NCBI GenBank assembly: GCA_963676515.1
Contig: OY781061.1
Location: 1 to 32,000 of the forward strand
Direction: 5' to 3'
DNA: 32,000 bases
From: Candidatus Cloacimonadota bacterium
GTDB lineage: Bacteria; Cloacimonadota; Cloacimonadia; G963667145
Below the pieces are notes generated by a model. That model was given only the letters and a program-made list of their open reading frames with translations, made no database searches and was not told where the DNA came from. A program made the position numbers and the translations under genes. Shown in pieces: positions 1 to 12,140 of this stretch. Numbering within the stretch: the first letter of the stretch is position 1; each line of letters begins with the position of its first letter.

Positions 1-793
<793 letters not shown>

Positions 794-860
794 TCAGCGG
801 GACTTTAGAAACCACAGATAAACACGGATGACTGTCCCTTGATAGCATCGTGTGGAGAAT

Positions 861-1061
861 GGATTCCCGTTTTCACGGGAATGAGGACTGGTGAGAGAGA
901 GGAGCGAGTGGTGAGTAAACACAATGATTGATGGAGACACAAAGCAGACGATGAGCGAGAATAAGAACGAGTGGCAACACATGGCGAGTGGTGTGCAGGA
1001 ATGGGGACTGGTGGTGTGCTTCCTTGCCTTGCTTCCCTCATCCTCGCGAAAGCAGGGATTC
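861..1061. mobile_element. MITE-like element: ~26-bp imperfect inverted ends around a ~150-bp core
   Basis: Left end GGATTCCCGTTTTCACGGGAATGAGG (861-886); right end CCCTCATCCTCGCGAAAGCAGGGATTC (1035-1061) is its imperfect reverse complement; the core recurs at 1652-1974. No transposase ORF. Confidence 0.55.
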
Positions 1062-1651
1062 AAGGGCGGGGATGGGCTAACAAATACTTAAAGCAGGAAG
1101 CGTTAAATTCGTTGACCGCCTGAAACAAATGGCTGTGCAAGGAACTGTAGGGACGCAAAATTTTGCGTCTTCAGCGTGCGAGGAAGGTTTAGAATTTAGC
1201 TTACGGCTTTGGTATTTTGACCGTATGCTTTGTTTCGTATGCATTCCCAAGCTGGAGCTTGGGAACGAGGGGAAACCCCTCTGATAAGAGAGGATGCCTG
1301 CTTTTTATCTTTCAGCTGGACTCCATCTTTTCTTTGAACGCTCAACGAAAAGATAGAGGAGAAAAGAAAACCGCTCCGCTTCAATCCGCCAGAGACATGG
1401 CGTGAGGAGTTTACAGCGTTCGTGGTGGAGAGCACCTCCGAGATTTGTTCTTAGCTATCCATTTCCGATTGCTAGCGTTGCAATGCCAAAGACGACTGAC
1501 TGTGTCTCTGGCTCTGCCCGTGAAGCTGTAGAGACGCAAAATTTTGCGTCTTCAGCGTGCGGGAGAATGACAGTGACCACGGATGGACACAGATGAGGGC
1601 GTGTAGTAGAACTGCCCTGCCCCTGTCCCTTGATAGCATCGTGTGGGAGAA

Positions 1652-1974
1652 TGGATTCCCGCTTTCGCGGGAATGAGGGCTGGTGGGAGAGAGGAACGAG
1701 TGGTGAGCAAACACAATGGGTGATGGAGACAGAAAGCAGACGATGAGCGAGAATAAGAACGAGTGATGCTATAAGAATGGTAATGAGCAGGGATGAGGGC
1801 TGGTGAGAGAGAGGAACAAGTGGTGAGTAAACACAATGATTGATGGAGACACAAAGCAGACGATGAGCGAGAATAAGAACGAGTGGTAACACAAGGCGTG
1901 CGGTGTGCAGGAATGGGGATTGGTGGTGTGCTTCTTTGCCTTGCTTCCCTCATCCTCGCGGAAGCGGGAATCCA
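1652..1974. mobile_element. Second copy of the MITE-like element with the internal unit duplicated
   Basis: Left end TGGATTCCCGCTTTCGCGGGAATGAGGGC (1652-1680); right end CCCTCATCCTCGCGGAAGCGGGAATCCA (1948-1974); two copies of the 'CTGGTG(A/G)GAGAGAGGAAC(G/A)AGTGGTGAG...AACGAGTG' core. Confidence 0.55.
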
Positions 1975-2021
1975 AGGTTGGGTTGGGTTCGCTTACGATT
2001 GATAATCACCTTATTTTTCAG

Positions 2022-2050
2022 TTGACACGGTGATAGGTACGCTTAGTTTG
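2022..2050 (+). promoter_or_regulatory. Putative promoter: TTGACA at 2022-2027, TTAGTTTG at 2043-2050
   Basis: TTG-N18-TTAGTTTG upstream of the 2081 CDS; same layout recurs upstream of other genes. Confidence 0.5.
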
Positions 2051-2080
2051 GTTTGAAGATTTTACAGAGGAGGTTGTAAG

Positions 2081-2506
2081 ATGTTGAAAGAACTAAAATT
2101 AGGCAGGACATTTGTGGGCAGAGTGGCACAGGGAAAGGATGCACTTGATTCTATTACCGCATTTGCCCAAGAGCAAAACATAGTTTTAGGCAAAGTTAGC
2201 GGTATCGGAGCTTTGGAAAAGGTGACTATCGGCTATTTCGATGGCAAGCAGTACCATTACAAGAGCTTTGCTGAACCTGTAGAGGTGGCATCTTTGGAGG
2301 GGAATATTTCTCTGAAAGATGGCAGAGTGTTTGCACATTTGCATGTAAATGTTGCCGACAAAAATTTCAACTCTTATGGTGGACATTTGGCAGCCTCAGA
2401 AGTTTTTTGTTTGGAGTTTGTCATCCAAGAGTATTTGGGCGAAGAGTACACGAGGCAAGAAGATCAAGAGATTCCCTTGTCGGTGTGGAGCAAGAAGATT
2501 TATTAA
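2081..2506 (+). CDS. PPC (PCC/PD1, DUF296) domain-containing putative DNA-binding protein
   Basis: 141 aa ORF; ...GKVSGIGALEKVTIGYF...EVASLEGNISLKDGRVFAHLHVNVADKNFNSYGGHLAASEVFCLEFVI typical of PPC/DUF296; strong RBS GAGGAGG. Confidence 0.88.
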   Translation: MLKELKLGRTFVGRVAQGKDALDSITAFAQEQNIVLGKVSGIGALEKVTIGYFDGKQYHYKSFAEPVEVASLEGNISLKDGRVFAHLHVNVADKNFNSYGGHLAASEVFCLEFVIQEYLGEEYTRQEDQEIPLSVWSKKIY

Positions 2507-2539
2507 AAAAAGATTAAGAAATATAAGGAATTTTAGATT

Positions 2540-3517
2540 ATGGATATGAATTCGATGCACGATTTGATTACGCATTTGCCACAACATATATACAATGGTT
2601 ATCACAATGTGAGCGTGCCTGCTCAAAAGGGCAGTGTAGATAAGCTGGTGATCTGTGGAATGGGAGGCTCAGGCATAGCTGGACACATCATCGCTGGGGC
2701 TTACGGTGATAAGTTCCCTGTGAGAGTGGCTAGTGACTACAGCCCTGGGTATGTGGACGAACGGACATTGCTCATCGCGGTCTCTTACTCGGGCAATACA
2801 GAGGAGACCTTGGCTTGCTACATGGCAGCTCAAGAGCGGACAAAGAACATCGCAGGAGTAACCACAGGTGGCGAGCTGGAGAAGCTGATGGCAGGCAAGT
2901 ACCCACTAGTCAAACTGCAAGAGGGCTTCCCACCAAGAGCGGCGGTAGCTTATCTATTTGGTGCGGTGCACAAGATATTAGAGGCGTATGGCTTAGCAGC
3001 GAGCATCGAGCAAGAGATAAGTGCTACTACCAGCCAGTTGGCAGGGAAAGTGGAGGCTGTCTTCGAGGAATCGTCACTGGAGCAAAATCTCGCTAAACAG
3101 ATTGCTGTGAAGCTCAAAGGCAAGATAGCGGTGGTGTATGCTAGCCAGCCAGCTTATGGGTGTGCAGCTTACAGGATGAAGTGCCAGATAAACGAAAACG
3201 CCAATTCGCCAGCTTTTTGGCACAATTTCCCCGAGATGAATCATAACGAGATTGAGGGTTATTACCACCAAGATTTGCCGATAATGCCTGTGTTTTTGCT
3301 AGATTTCGAGTTGGAGCAGAGGTATCAGAAAAGGATAGACATCTTCTCTAAGCTGATAGATGAAAAGATCGAGATATACGCCGAGGGTAAATCGTATATC
3401 GAAAAAGTTTTTTCACTCATTTTTATCGGAGATATGGTGAGTTACTATTTGGCTCTGGAAAACGGTGTGGATCCTTTTGCTATCGAGAACATTATGTTTT
3501 TGAAAAAAAATCTTTAA
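2540..3517 (+). CDS. Bifunctional phosphoglucose/phosphomannose isomerase (SIS domain)
   Basis: 325 aa; VICGMGGSGIAGHIIAG, VASDYSPGYVDERTLLIAVSYSGNTEETL, and C-terminal NxNxxxFWHNFPEMNHNEIEGY are typical of the family. Confidence 0.9.
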   Translation: MDMNSMHDLITHLPQHIYNGYHNVSVPAQKGSVDKLVICGMGGSGIAGHIIAGAYGDKFPVRVASDYSPGYVDERTLLIAVSYSGNTEETLACYMAAQERTKNIAGVTTGGELEKLMAGKYPLVKLQEGFPPRAAVAYLFGAVHKILEAYGLAASIEQEISATTSQLAGKVEAVFEESSLEQNLAKQIAVKLKGKIAVVYASQPAYGCAAYRMKCQINENANSPAFWHNFPEMNHNEIEGYYHQDLPIMPVFLLDFELEQRYQKRIDIFSKLIDEKIEIYAEGKSYIEKVFSLIFIGDMVSYYLALENGVDPFAIENIMFLKKNL

Positions 3518-3531
3518 GGCTAGGGTTTTAG

Positions 3532-6830
<3,299 letters not shown>

Positions 6831-6834
<4 letters not shown>

Positions 6835-7415
6835 ATCATCGCCTTTTTTAAAATATTTTGGATAATCTCTACTGTTGTTTCGGTGGTGGTGTTTCCCATA
6901 TCCAAAACCAAATCGGCTACCTCTAAATACCAATCTAAGCGAGAATCGAAAAGCACTTTCATCTTGGCTACATCTTGCGAGAAGAGCGGTCTTTTCTTGT
7001 CGTTTTCCACCCTCTTGCAAGCTACTGCTGGCGGCAAATAAAGGAAGATGTTGTAGTAGTTCGCTTTTAGCTCTGAGCGTGCTTCTGCTATGGTGATTAC
7101 TCCGCCACCAGTAGCAAGGCAGATAGGCGTAGGCTCTTTAGCTATTTCTTTGAGCAAAGTTAGCTCCAGATTTCTGAATCTTGCTTCTCCAAAGTTTTTG
7201 AAGATATCGTAAATTTTGAGCATAGCCCTTTTTTCGACAAGGAAATCCAGATCAAGTGCTTGTCGCCCGAGAGCGTTGCAGATAGTCGTCTTGCCAGCAC
7301 CCATAAATCCCACAAGGCTAAGATGTTTTTTATTTGCGGGTAAAGAAACAAAAGGGGCGTTATCGCCCCCTCTGATTTTTAGTTTGTTAAATTTTTCGAG
7401 TTGTTTTTCGGTCAT
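6831..7415 (-). CDS. aroK: Shikimate kinase
   Basis: LVGFMGAGKTTICNALGRQALDLDFLVEKRA...FRNLE...ICLATGGGVI...RPLF. Region between Walker A and the D-x-D motif looks about 4 aa short versus E. coli AroK. Confidence 0.87.
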
Positions 7416-7416
7416 T

Positions 7417-8565
7417 CTATTTTACAGACTGTTTTAGTTTCTCCACCATATCTGTGGCTTCCCAAGGGAACTCTGCACGACCGAAGTGACCGTAAGCTGC
7501 AGTAGCAGCGTAAATAGGTCTTTTCAGATCGAGATGTTTTATTAGCTCAGCTGGTTTGAGAGGGAATATCTTTTTTACAGCTTCTACTATCTTTTCATCG
7601 GCGATGGAGCCAGTGCCGAAGGTGTCCACTAGCACAGAGACAGGGTCTGCCACTCCGATAGCGTATGCAAGCTGCACTTCGCATCTGTCCGCCAAGTCGG
7701 CTGCGACGATGTTTTTGGAGATGTATCTTGCCATGTAGGAGGCACTGCGGTCAACTTTGGATGGGTCTTTGCCGCTGAAGCATCCTCCACCGTGGCTACC
7801 TTTGCCTCCATAGGTGTCCACTATTATCTTGCGTCCAGTCAGACCTGTGTCGGCGTGTGGTCCGCCCAAGACAAATCTGCCTGTAGGGTTGATGTGGATT
7901 TTTGTGTCACTGTCAATTAAATTTTTGCCGATAACTGGCTGGATAATTTTTGCTAAGATATCTTTGCGGATTTGTTCCAGACTCACTTCTGGATCGTGCT
8001 GAGTGGAGACAACCACTGCTTCCACGCGGACGGGCTTGTCTTCTTTATATTCCACGGTTACTTGCGATTTGCCGTCGGGGCGTAAGTAGCTGAGCTCTCC
8101 AGATTTGCGAACCTCAGAAAGTTTTTTGGTCAATTTGTGGCTGAGCATTATCGGTAAGGGCATCAGCTCGGGAGTCTCTTTGCAGGCGTAACCGAACATC
8201 ATTCCTTGGTCGCCAGCTCCTTGCTCATGCTTGGTGTACTCGTCCACACCCATAGCGATGTCTCGTGACTGTTTGTCTATGGTGGTCATTACGGCACAAG
8301 TTCTGGCATCTATTCCGTAGTCGGCATTGGTGTAGCCAATCTTCCTCAGGGTGTCGCGTACCACAGTAGAGATGTCCACATAGCAACTGGTGGTGATTTC
8401 TCCTCCCACAAGTGCCATCCCTGTAGTCACGAAAGTTTCGCAGGCGACGCGTGCTTCAGAGTCTTGGGTTAAGATTGCATCAAGAATTGAATCTGAGATT
8501 TGGTCACAAATCTTATCAGGGTGACCTTCGGTTACAGATTCGCTGGTGAAAAAATAGTTTGTCAT
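7417..8565 (-). CDS. metK: S-adenosylmethionine synthetase
   Basis: [49 protein letters not shown]...[20 protein letters not shown]-type motifs (here [27 protein letters not shown]). Confidence 0.98.
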   Translation of the reverse strand: MTNYFFTSESVTEGHPDKICDQISDSILDAILTQDSEARVACETFVTTGMALVGGEITTSCYVDISTVVRDTLRKIGYTNADYGIDARTCAVMTTIDKQSRDIAMGVDEYTKHEQGAGDQGMMFGYACKETPELMPLPIMLSHKLTKKLSEVRKSGELSYLRPDGKSQVTVEYKEDKPVRVEAVVVSTQHDPEVSLEQIRKDILAKIIQPVIGKNLIDSDTKIHINPTGRFVLGGPHADTGLTGRKIIVDTYGGKGSHGGGCFSGKDPSKVDRSASYMARYISKNIVAADLADRCEVQLAYAIGVADPVSVLVDTFGTGSIADEKIVEAVKKIFPLKPAELIKHLDLKRPIYAATAAYGHFGRAEFPWEATDMVEKLKQSVK

Positions 8566-8572
8566 CTAAAAT

Positions 8573-8628
8573 CTCCTTTTTAGCTTTTTTTTGTTGTTGC
8601 GGTGCAATATGGATCAAATCCCCGCAAC
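8573..8628 (-). promoter_or_regulatory. SAM-II-like riboswitch in the metK 5' leader
   Basis: Reverse strand GTTGCGGGGATTTGATCCATATTGCACCGCAACAACAAAAAAAAGCTAAAAAGGAG: P1 GUUGCGG/CCGCAAC, loop GAUUU..CC-AUAUUGCA, 3' AGCUAAAAAGG, matching the SAM-II aptamer as I remember it. Loop UCC can pair with SD GGA. Confidence 0.85.
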
Positions 8629-8643
8629 TCTTTACTTAACAAT

Positions 8644-8663
8644 CAATTATCTCGTGATAATTG
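8644..8663 (-). promoter_or_regulatory. Perfect 8-bp hairpin/dyad CAATTATC-N4-GATAATTG early in the metK leader
   Basis: CAATTATC (8644-8651) TCGT GATAATTG (8656-8663), between the predicted promoter (8705-8677) and the riboswitch. Confidence 0.5.
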
Positions 8664-8676
8664 CTCTTATTTTCCT

Positions 8677-8705
8677 CAAAAAAAGATTTCGTTAATTTGA
8701 GTCAA
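8677..8705 (-). promoter_or_regulatory. Putative metK promoter TTG(ACT)-N18-TTTTTTTG
   Basis: Reverse strand TTGACTCAAATTAACGAAATCTTTTTTTG; same spacing as other predicted promoters in the window. Confidence 0.4.
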
Positions 8706-10315
8706 TATTTTTTTCTGCTTTTTCTTTTAGGTCGATCACTAAATTGTCCTCTGTTGGACAAAGGTGTAACTTTGATAGGCAGATGAGCAAAACTTTTTGT
8801 ATTTAGTTTTTCGATCACCTTTTGCACCACTTTTCTATCAACCTCTAGTTCAGTTTTTTTTTCGTAAATATCTATTCGTCCTATCTCTACGCTTCTTTGT
8901 ACGCTTTTGATAAGATTAAAAAGGTCAGCTTTTTCAAAATCGTCATTTTTCCCGAGGTTGATTTTGATTTTGCTAAATCTTACTTTGGGAGCAGCGTTGA
9001 GGTCGGGTAATTTATGGTAATGACTCCAGAGTCTACTTAGTTGCATACCGACGAAAGATCTGATGAGCTCTTCTTTGGAAAAACGAGAAAACTCGAGGTA
9101 GGCAGCTTGGGCGAACTGGTCTAGTTGCTCGTCTACTTGGAAATCTTCTAAAGTTTTGCTCAATTCCATGAGTCTATTTTGACAAACTTCATCGCCAGAG
9201 GGTATCCGCTGAAACTCGATGGGAAGCCCTAACATCTTTTGGATAGTATCTATTTTTCTTTTCTCTTTTTGTCCGACGATGGAGACGCATATTCCTTTCT
9301 TGCCTGCTCTGCCAGTCCGCCCACTACGATGGACATATATTTCTGTGTCGTCTGGTAGTGCGTAATTGATGATGTGTGTGAGGTCTTTGACATCTATTCC
9401 ACGAGCGGCAACATCTGTAGCGATGAGCAATTTTAGATTTTTACTGCGAAATTTTTTCATCACTAACTCTCGCTGAGGCTGAGACATATCTCCATTGAAA
9501 GCTTCTACACGGTAGCCCAGCTTTTGCAATGCCATGCAGATATCTACTGTGTCTCGTTTGGTTCTGCAAAAAACAATGCCGTAAATGCCCGCGAAGTTGT
9601 CTAAGATTCTGGAGAGTACAGCGGTTTTTTGTTTGCCAGAGCAAAGATGGTAGTAATGTTGTACATTCATAACACCTTGATTTTGCTTGCCGATAGTTAC
9701 CTTGAGTGGATTTTTCAGATATTTGTTTGATGCTAGGCGTTCTACTTGTTTGTTCATCGTAGCAGAAAAAAGAAGCACCCTTTTTTCAGGATTGGTGAAA
9801 GACAAAATCTCTTCTAACTCTTCTTGGAAACCCATGTCTAGCATTTGGTCAGCTTCGTCTAGCACCAAGCATTTGATGCTGGAGAGGTTGAGTCTACGGC
9901 GATTGAGGAAATCCAGAGTCCTGCCTGGAGTACCTACGACCACTGCTGGATGCGTAGCTAGTGCATCTATTTGTTTTTTTATGTCGCCTCCACCGAAAAG
10001 GCTAATAACCTTAAATCCGCGGGAGTTTATTGAATAATCTTTTAGCTCTTGGCAAATTTGTTGCACTAACTCACGGGTGGGAGCTAAGATTAAGTATTGT
10101 ACTTTTTTTTCTTTGGGGTCAAAAGACTGAATCATCGGCAGACCGAAAGTGGCGGTTTTGCCAGAGCCTGTCTGGGACAGGACTATAAGGTGTTGGTCTG
10201 ATTCCAAGACCATCGGTATCACTTTAGACTGTACTTCGGTGGGTGTGATAAACCCCAACTTGTTTATAGTGGATAAAATCTCTTGATTTAATCCTAATTG
10301 ATCAAAATTCGGCAC
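8702..10315 (-). CDS. ATP-dependent DEAD-box RNA helicase, CsdA/DbpA-type with C-terminal DbpA-like RNA-binding domain
   Basis: LSQTGSGKTATFGLPM, PTRELVQQ, VVGTPGR, VLDEADQMLDMG, LFSATM, ARGIDV, HRSGRTGRAG; C-term RSVEIGRIDIYEKKTELEVDRKVVQKVIEKLN. GTG start. Confidence 0.94.
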   Translation of the reverse strand: MPNFDQLGLNQEILSTINKLGFITPTEVQSKVIPMVLESDQHLIVLSQTGSGKTATFGLPMIQSFDPKEKKVQYLILAPTRELVQQICQELKDYSINSRGFKVISLFGGGDIKKQIDALATHPAVVVGTPGRTLDFLNRRRLNLSSIKCLVLDEADQMLDMGFQEELEEILSFTNPEKRVLLFSATMNKQVERLASNKYLKNPLKVTIGKQNQGVMNVQHYYHLCSGKQKTAVLSRILDNFAGIYGIVFCRTKRDTVDICMALQKLGYRVEAFNGDMSQPQRELVMKKFRSKNLKLLIATDVAARGIDVKDLTHIINYALPDDTEIYVHRSGRTGRAGKKGICVSIVGQKEKRKIDTIQKMLGLPIEFQRIPSGDEVCQNRLMELSKTLEDFQVDEQLDQFAQAAYLEFSRFSKEELIRSFVGMQLSRLWSHYHKLPDLNAAPKVRFSKIKINLGKNDDFEKADLFNLIKSVQRSVEIGRIDIYEKKTELEVDRKVVQKVIEKLNTKSFAHLPIKVTPLSNRGQFSDRPKRKSRKKY

Positions 10316-10587
10316 TAATTCTCCTTAAAATGGGTTTGTTTATATATAAATTAACTTTCTGATTTTTAATAATTTACTAGTTGTAAACTTTTGACAAGTG
10401 TAAATGTGTCAAACTATTTCCTTTTTGTAGGCGATAGCTTCGCTTGAAGGTAAAAAGAAGCAATGCTTAGCTTTGCTATTTTGCCCAAGGTAGCGTGCAA
10501 ATCTTCTACAACATTATGGTTGACATCATCTTAAGCAATTTAAATTTGCAAAGGGTACAATCAACTGAAAAAGGAAGTTTAAAAAAA

Positions 10588-11352
10588 ATGTTAGCCACGA
10601 GAATAATTCCTTGCCTGGATGTAGAAGATGGCAGAGTGGTAAAAGGTACAGGTTTCAAAGAGATAAAAGACGCTGGTGATCCGCTGGAACTAGCACGAAA
10701 GTACTATTTGCAGGGAGCTGACGAGCTGACTTTCTTGGACATCGGTGCTACTTACAAAAGCAAGCAGACACTTTTGGAGGTCGTGCGTAAGATTGCCAAA
10801 GTGGTGTTCATTCCCCTTACCGTAGGTGGTGGTATTCGCTCGGTGGACGATATCCGCCAAGCACTGCTAGCTGGGGCGGACAAGGTGAGCATCTGCTCGG
10901 CTGCGATAAAAAATCCACGCTTAATAAAGGAAGGTGCTGACATATACGGTAGTCAGTGTATCGTGCTTTCTGTGGATGCGAAGAGGGTTGGCGACAACAG
11001 TTGGCACTGCTTTACGGCTGGAGGACGAGTAGATACGGGCTACGATGTGTTGGAATGGGTGCAAGAGGCCATCGGGCTTGGAGCAGGCGAAATATTGCTG
11101 AACTCGATAGATGCTGATGGCACTGGCGATGGTTACGATCTAGAACTAACAAAAAGAGTGGAGGAGGTATCTTCCGTGCCAGTGATAGCCTCAGGTGGTG
11201 CAGGCAAGCTGGAGCACTTCAAGCAAGGCATTATCAAAGGGAGAGCGGACGCACTCCTGTTAGCTTCGCTTTTGCATTACGACAAGATGACCATACCCCA
11301 GATAAAGAAATATCTCAGTGGACAAGGACTGAATGTCCGACAAGGAGTTTAG
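10588..11352 (+). CDS. hisF: Imidazole glycerol phosphate synthase cyclase subunit
   Basis: Track ORF starts at 10495, but the family N-terminus [20 protein letters not shown] starts at ATG 10588 with AAGGAAG upstream; [35 protein letters not shown]. Confidence 0.94.
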   Translation: MLATRIIPCLDVEDGRVVKGTGFKEIKDAGDPLELARKYYLQGADELTFLDIGATYKSKQTLLEVVRKIAKVVFIPLTVGGGIRSVDDIRQALLAGADKVSICSAAIKNPRLIKEGADIYGSQCIVLSVDAKRVGDNSWHCFTAGGRVDTGYDVLEWVQEAIGLGAGEILLNSIDADGTGDGYDLELTKRVEEVSSVPVIASGGAGKLEHFKQGIIKGRADALLLASLLHYDKMTIPQIKKYLSGQGLNVRQGV

Positions 11353-11354
11353 AG

Positions 11355-12128
11355 ATGATAGACTATAGTATATTGCAGAAGAAGCTCTTCTTATTCGCGG
11401 GACCTTGCGTTCTGGAGAGTTTGGATATGGGAAGAAGAGTTGCCGAGTACCTTTTGGAGAAAGCACCTTGTCCTGTGATTTTCAAGGCGTCCTTTGAAAA
11501 AGCTAACCGCACCAGCTCTGATTCTTATCAAGGACCTGGTTTGGAGCAAGGGCTCACCAATTTGCAAAAGATTAAGCAGGAGTTTGATTTGCCGATAGTC
11601 ACAGACATCCACCTGCCTGAACAAGCCAAGGTTGTGGCAGAGGTAGCGGATATTTTGCAGATACCAGCTTTCTTATCGCGACAGACAGCTCTATTGCAAG
11701 CAGCAGCAGCTACGGGCAAGATAATCAACATCAAAAAAGCCCAATTTATGGCAGCGGAAGATATGCAGGGAGCTATCGGGAAGTGTGGTGACAACAAAAA
11801 TCTCCTGCTCACCGAGAGGGGAACGAGCTTTGGTTATCACAATCTGGTGGTCGATTTTAGGAACTTCATCAAGTTGCAATCTTTTGGTTATCCTGTAGTT
11901 TACGATGTAACGCACTCTATGCAAGAGCCATCTAGTGGCAAGACTAGCGGTGGCACTCCACAATACGCTTTGCCTCTGGCAGCTGCGGCTCTGGCTACTG
12001 GAGCGGTGTCGGGGCTTTTCGTGGAAGCTCATCCCCAGCCGAGCAAGGCTTTGTGTGATGCCAGCACGATGCTGGATTTTGCTAAGCTAGACGCTTTATT
12101 TGATATTATCAGAAAATACCAGAAATAA
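11355..12128 (+). CDS. kdsA: 3-deoxy-8-phosphooctulonate (KDO-8-P) synthase
   Basis: FAGPCVLES...FKASFEKANRTSSDSYQGPGLEQGL...VTDIHLPEQA...QIPAFLSRQTALLQAAA...GTSFGYHNLVVDFR...VTHSMQ. Confidence 0.96.
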   Translation: MIDYSILQKKLFLFAGPCVLESLDMGRRVAEYLLEKAPCPVIFKASFEKANRTSSDSYQGPGLEQGLTNLQKIKQEFDLPIVTDIHLPEQAKVVAEVADILQIPAFLSRQTALLQAAAATGKIINIKKAQFMAAEDMQGAIGKCGDNKNLLLTERGTSFGYHNLVVDFRNFIKLQSFGYPVVYDVTHSMQEPSSGKTSGGTPQYALPLAAAALATGAVSGLFVEAHPQPSKALCDASTMLDFAKLDALFDIIRKYQK

Positions 12129-12140
12129 GAGGAAAGAGAA

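Larger units (their letters stand above)
811..1974. repeat. Intergenic cluster of interspersed/palindromic repeats
   Basis: Contains two copies of GACGCAAAATTTTGCGTC, one TTCCCAAGCTGGAGCTTGGGAA, inverted TGGATTCCCG...CGGGAAT modules and three copies of a ~95-bp unit (879-974, ~1671-1766, ~1793-1887). No convincing CDS. Confidence 0.85.

Noticed and set aside
861-1974. Possible CRISPR array
   Set aside because: Repeat units are ~95-200 bp, irregularly spaced and few; no short regular repeats with unique spacers and no cas genes.
794-1975. ORFs listed at 794-1063(-), 1196-1435(-), 1217-1405, 1402-1596, 1455-1892(-), 1472-1714(-), 1552-1953(-), 1769-1975(-)
   Set aside because: Low-complexity translations (LSLTSPHSRENGNPF, CFHHSLCLLTTRSS) of the repeat cluster, in several overlapping frames and repeating with the DNA repeats; no RBS or family motif.
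2815-3096. Plus-strand ORF 2815-3096 inside the phosphoglucose/phosphomannose isomerase gene
   Set aside because: Alternative frame of a well-supported CDS; frameshift considered, but the main frame continues intact.
6875-7096. Plus-strand ORFs 6875-7096 and 7216-7437
   Set aside because: Antisense to aroK; no RBS and no family resemblance.
8566-8701. SAM-I or SMK-box (SAM-III) riboswitch upstream of metK
   Set aside because: No SAM-I core motifs (AGAGNGG, kink-turn, GCAACC) and no SMK signature; the leader instead matches SAM-II.
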